Shown: one piece after another, positions 26,387 through 28,169 of the stretch
Position numbering within the stretch: position 1 is the stretch's first letter
How the letters are laid out: the number at the start of each line of letters is the position of its first letter
Assembly: GCA_036562325.1 (NCBI GenBank)
Contig: DATCKK010000305.1
Coordinates: 1-28,169 of the forward strand
Direction: 5' to 3'
DNA from: Cytophagaceae bacterium
Lineage (GTDB): Bacteria; Bacteroidota; Bacteroidia; Cytophagales; Cytophagaceae
DNA length: 28,169 nt
Translations under genes and position numbers: made by a program
Notes under the pieces: model-generated
Databases searched by the model: none
Seen by the model: the letters and a program-made list of their open reading frames with translations, nothing else
What the model was told of the DNA's origin: nothing

Positions 26387-28169
26387 ATGAGAATAGGAAT
26401 ATTTTTCGGAGGACAGTCCAGGGAAAGAGAAATTTCCTTTGCAGGAGGAAGAACGGTTTATGACAACCTTAACAAAGAATTGTTTGAACCGGTACCTGTC
26501 TTTGTAGACAGCATTGGCAACTTCATTCTGCTAGACTGGCAGTATATCTATAAAGGTACTATCAGAGACTTTTATCCTCCATTTAATACAATTCCCAACT
26601 CCCCTAACGGTTTCCAGATTTATATTGAATCTCTGGGCAAACTCAGCACTCAGGAACAGGATGCCATTATTTCCAAAGTTGGAAAAAGAATCCGGCCTGA
26701 CGAGTTCGCCAATTACATGGACTTCGCTTTTCTGGCGCTTCACGGGCCATACGGAGAAGACGGAAACATACAGGGAATTCTGGAATGGTATAATATTCCT
26801 TACAGTGGGTCAGGCATATTGCCTTCGGCGATCGGAATTAACAAAATTGTCCAGAAAGGACTGATGGACAATGCCTTGTTCAAAGGCCCCAAATACACCT
26901 ATTTAAGTAAAAAAGAGTGGAAGGCTACTGAAAACAAAGCAGATATATTCTACCGTCTGGAAAGCGAACTGGGATTGCCATTTGTTGTAAAAGCACCTTA
27001 TCAGGGATCTTCTATCGGTATTTCGGTAGTTTCGGACCATGATATTCCCAATTTTATCAAGGCAGTAAACAGAAGTTTCTTCACAAAAGAAATTGACAGA
27101 AACGAGTGGCTGCAACTGGATGAGGAAAAACAGGTAGCTGCTATCAAAGAACTTACCGACATTCGCGAAGGTATAGGTATGCCGGTAATGATTGATGGTA
27201 AACAAATCAACCATCCGGAAGAACTGCTTACATACATCCGAACTACTTTCAAAACTCCTCAGCAGACTATACAAATGGAAAGTCTGGACAATGAGGAAGA
27301 AATTATTATAGAATCATTTATTCACGGCAGGGAGTTTTCATGTATCGTTATTCAGGACGAAAACGGAAATCCGATTGCGCTTCCTCCTACTGAAATTATT
27401 AAAGGAAATAAAGTTTTCGATTACAGGTCCAAATACCTGCCTGGTATGACCCGAAAACTTACTCCTATCAATTTACCTTACGAACAAATCGAAAATATCC
27501 GCAAGGAATGTGAAAGGCTTTTCAAAGAGCTGAACTTTAATGTTTACGCACGTCTGGACGGATTTATCAATCATAATGGTGAAATATTCCTGAACGACCC
27601 AAATACCACTTCCGGAATGTTGCCATCCTCTTTCTTCTTCCATCAGGCAGCAGAAATTGGAATGAACCCGTCCCAATTCCTGACCTATATCATCAGGACA
27701 TCTATTTCTGAAAGAATAAGAACAGGAAAGAAAACCTTTGCACTAAAACAATTACTCAAAAATCTGGATGATAATCTTCAAAAACTGAAAGCCAAAGAGT
27801 CTGAGAAAATCAGAGTGGGTGTGATTATGGGAGGTTATTCATCAGAAAGACATATTTCCGTAAAGAGTGGAAGAAATATCTATGAAAAACTTTCTTCCAG
27901 TACCAAGTACGAGCCTGTTCCGATCTTCCTTACCGGAAGCAACGAAGATCATCAGCTATATTTAATTCCGGTGAATATTATGCTGAAGGACAATGCAGAT
28001 GACATTAGGGAAAAAGTAGTAAGAGCAGAACCTAAGCATCCTATTCTTGGAAAAATAATTGAAGAAGCCGGAGCTATTACCGGTAAATATGTATCCAATG
28101 CCATTCACGAAGCAGTAAGAATTTCCTACGCTGAACTGGCAGAGAAAGTAGATGCAGTATTTATTGCAC
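26387..28169 (+). CDS. ddl: D-alanine--D-alanine ligase with tandem duplicated ligase modules, 3'-truncated (absent from the ORF track because the window has no stop for it)
   Basis: I translated it by hand from ATG 26387 with no stop to the window end. Module 1: MRIGIFFGGQSREREISF, LALHGPYGEDG, GSSIGIS, FDYRSKY, ARLDG, NDPNTTSGM. A second module starts at 27809: IRVGVIMGGYSSERHISV...AVFIAL. Confidence 0.92.
   Translation, partial: MRIGIFFGGQSREREISFAGGRTVYDNLNKELFEPVPVFVDSIGNFILLDWQYIYKGTIRDFYPPFNTIPNSPNGFQIYIESLGKLSTQEQDAIISKVGKRIRPDEFANYMDFAFLALHGPYGEDGNIQGILEWYNIPYSGSGILPSAIGINKIVQKGLMDNALFKGPKYTYLSKKEWKATENKADIFYRLESELGLPFVVKAPYQGSSIGISVVSDHDIPNFIKAVNRSFFTKEIDRNEWLQLDEEKQVAAIKELTDIREGIGMPVMIDGKQINHPEELLTYIRTTFKTPQQTIQMESLDNEEEIIIESFIHGREFSCIVIQDENGNPIALPPTEIIKGNKVFDYRSKYLPGMTRKLTPINLPYEQIENIRKECERLFKELNFNVYARLDGFINHNGEIFLNDPNTTSGMLPSSFFFHQAAEIGMNPSQFLTYIIRTSISERIRTGKKTFALKQLLKNLDDNLQKLKAKESEKIRVGVIMGGYSSERHISVKSGRNIYEKLSSSTKYEPVPIFLTGSNEDHQLYLIPVNIMLKDNADDIREKVVRAEPKHPILGKIIEEAGAITGKYVSNAIHEAVRISYAELAEKVDAVFIA

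Noticed and set aside
27410-27440. Ddl as a vancomycin-resistance D-Ala-D-Lac ligase
   Set aside because: The omega loop ends in KY (Tyr), and no van accessory genes are visible in the window.
772-27676. Many 60-140 aa ORFs in the track that overlap larger genes in other frames or antisense (for example 878-1204, 14088-14444, 24942-25352, 26903-27274)
   Set aside because: They are shadows of well-supported genes and have no motifs of their own.
1-28169. CRISPR array, tRNA/rRNA, IS or integrase, ops/JUMPStart element
   Set aside because: I saw no spaced nucleotide repeats, RNA-gene signatures, transposase motifs or GGCGGTAG-type element by eye. Subtle ncRNAs cannot be excluded without covariance-model searches.

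Overview
AT-rich Bacteroidota DNA, probably Cytophagales-like. This rests on T9SS C-terminal sorting domains, Gln at predicted signal-peptide cleavage sites and a TAnnTTTG promoter element. The window has four blocks. (1) 1-6857 (+): a 5'-truncated giant T9SS-secreted modular protein (GSDH-like propeller, Ca-binding repeats, 6 Kelch repeats, 3x Ig+malectin, CTD), then a small malectin+CTD gene. (2) 7081-13530 (+): a soluble pseudokinase-AAA/STAND-GAF-HisKA_3 sensor coupled to a NarL/LuxR regulator, then a broken T9SS gene. (3) 13647-24357 (-): a 9-gene polysaccharide operon with unusual parts: stand-alone receiver, pseudo-receiver-fused priming transferase with a Cys4 insert, half-length TolC, Wzc-like co-polymerase with a degenerate kinase, GT4, Wzx, Wzy/WaaL-like protein and two GT2. 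It has no Wza/OPX or Wzb gene. (4) 24931-28169 (+): mrp/apbC, a NifU-C-domain gene and a 3'-truncated tandem double D-Ala-D-Ala ligase that the ORF track misses. The best candidate for an under-described system is block 3. No RNA genes, CRISPR arrays or mobile elements were recognised. All family calls come from motif reading by eye, not database searches.
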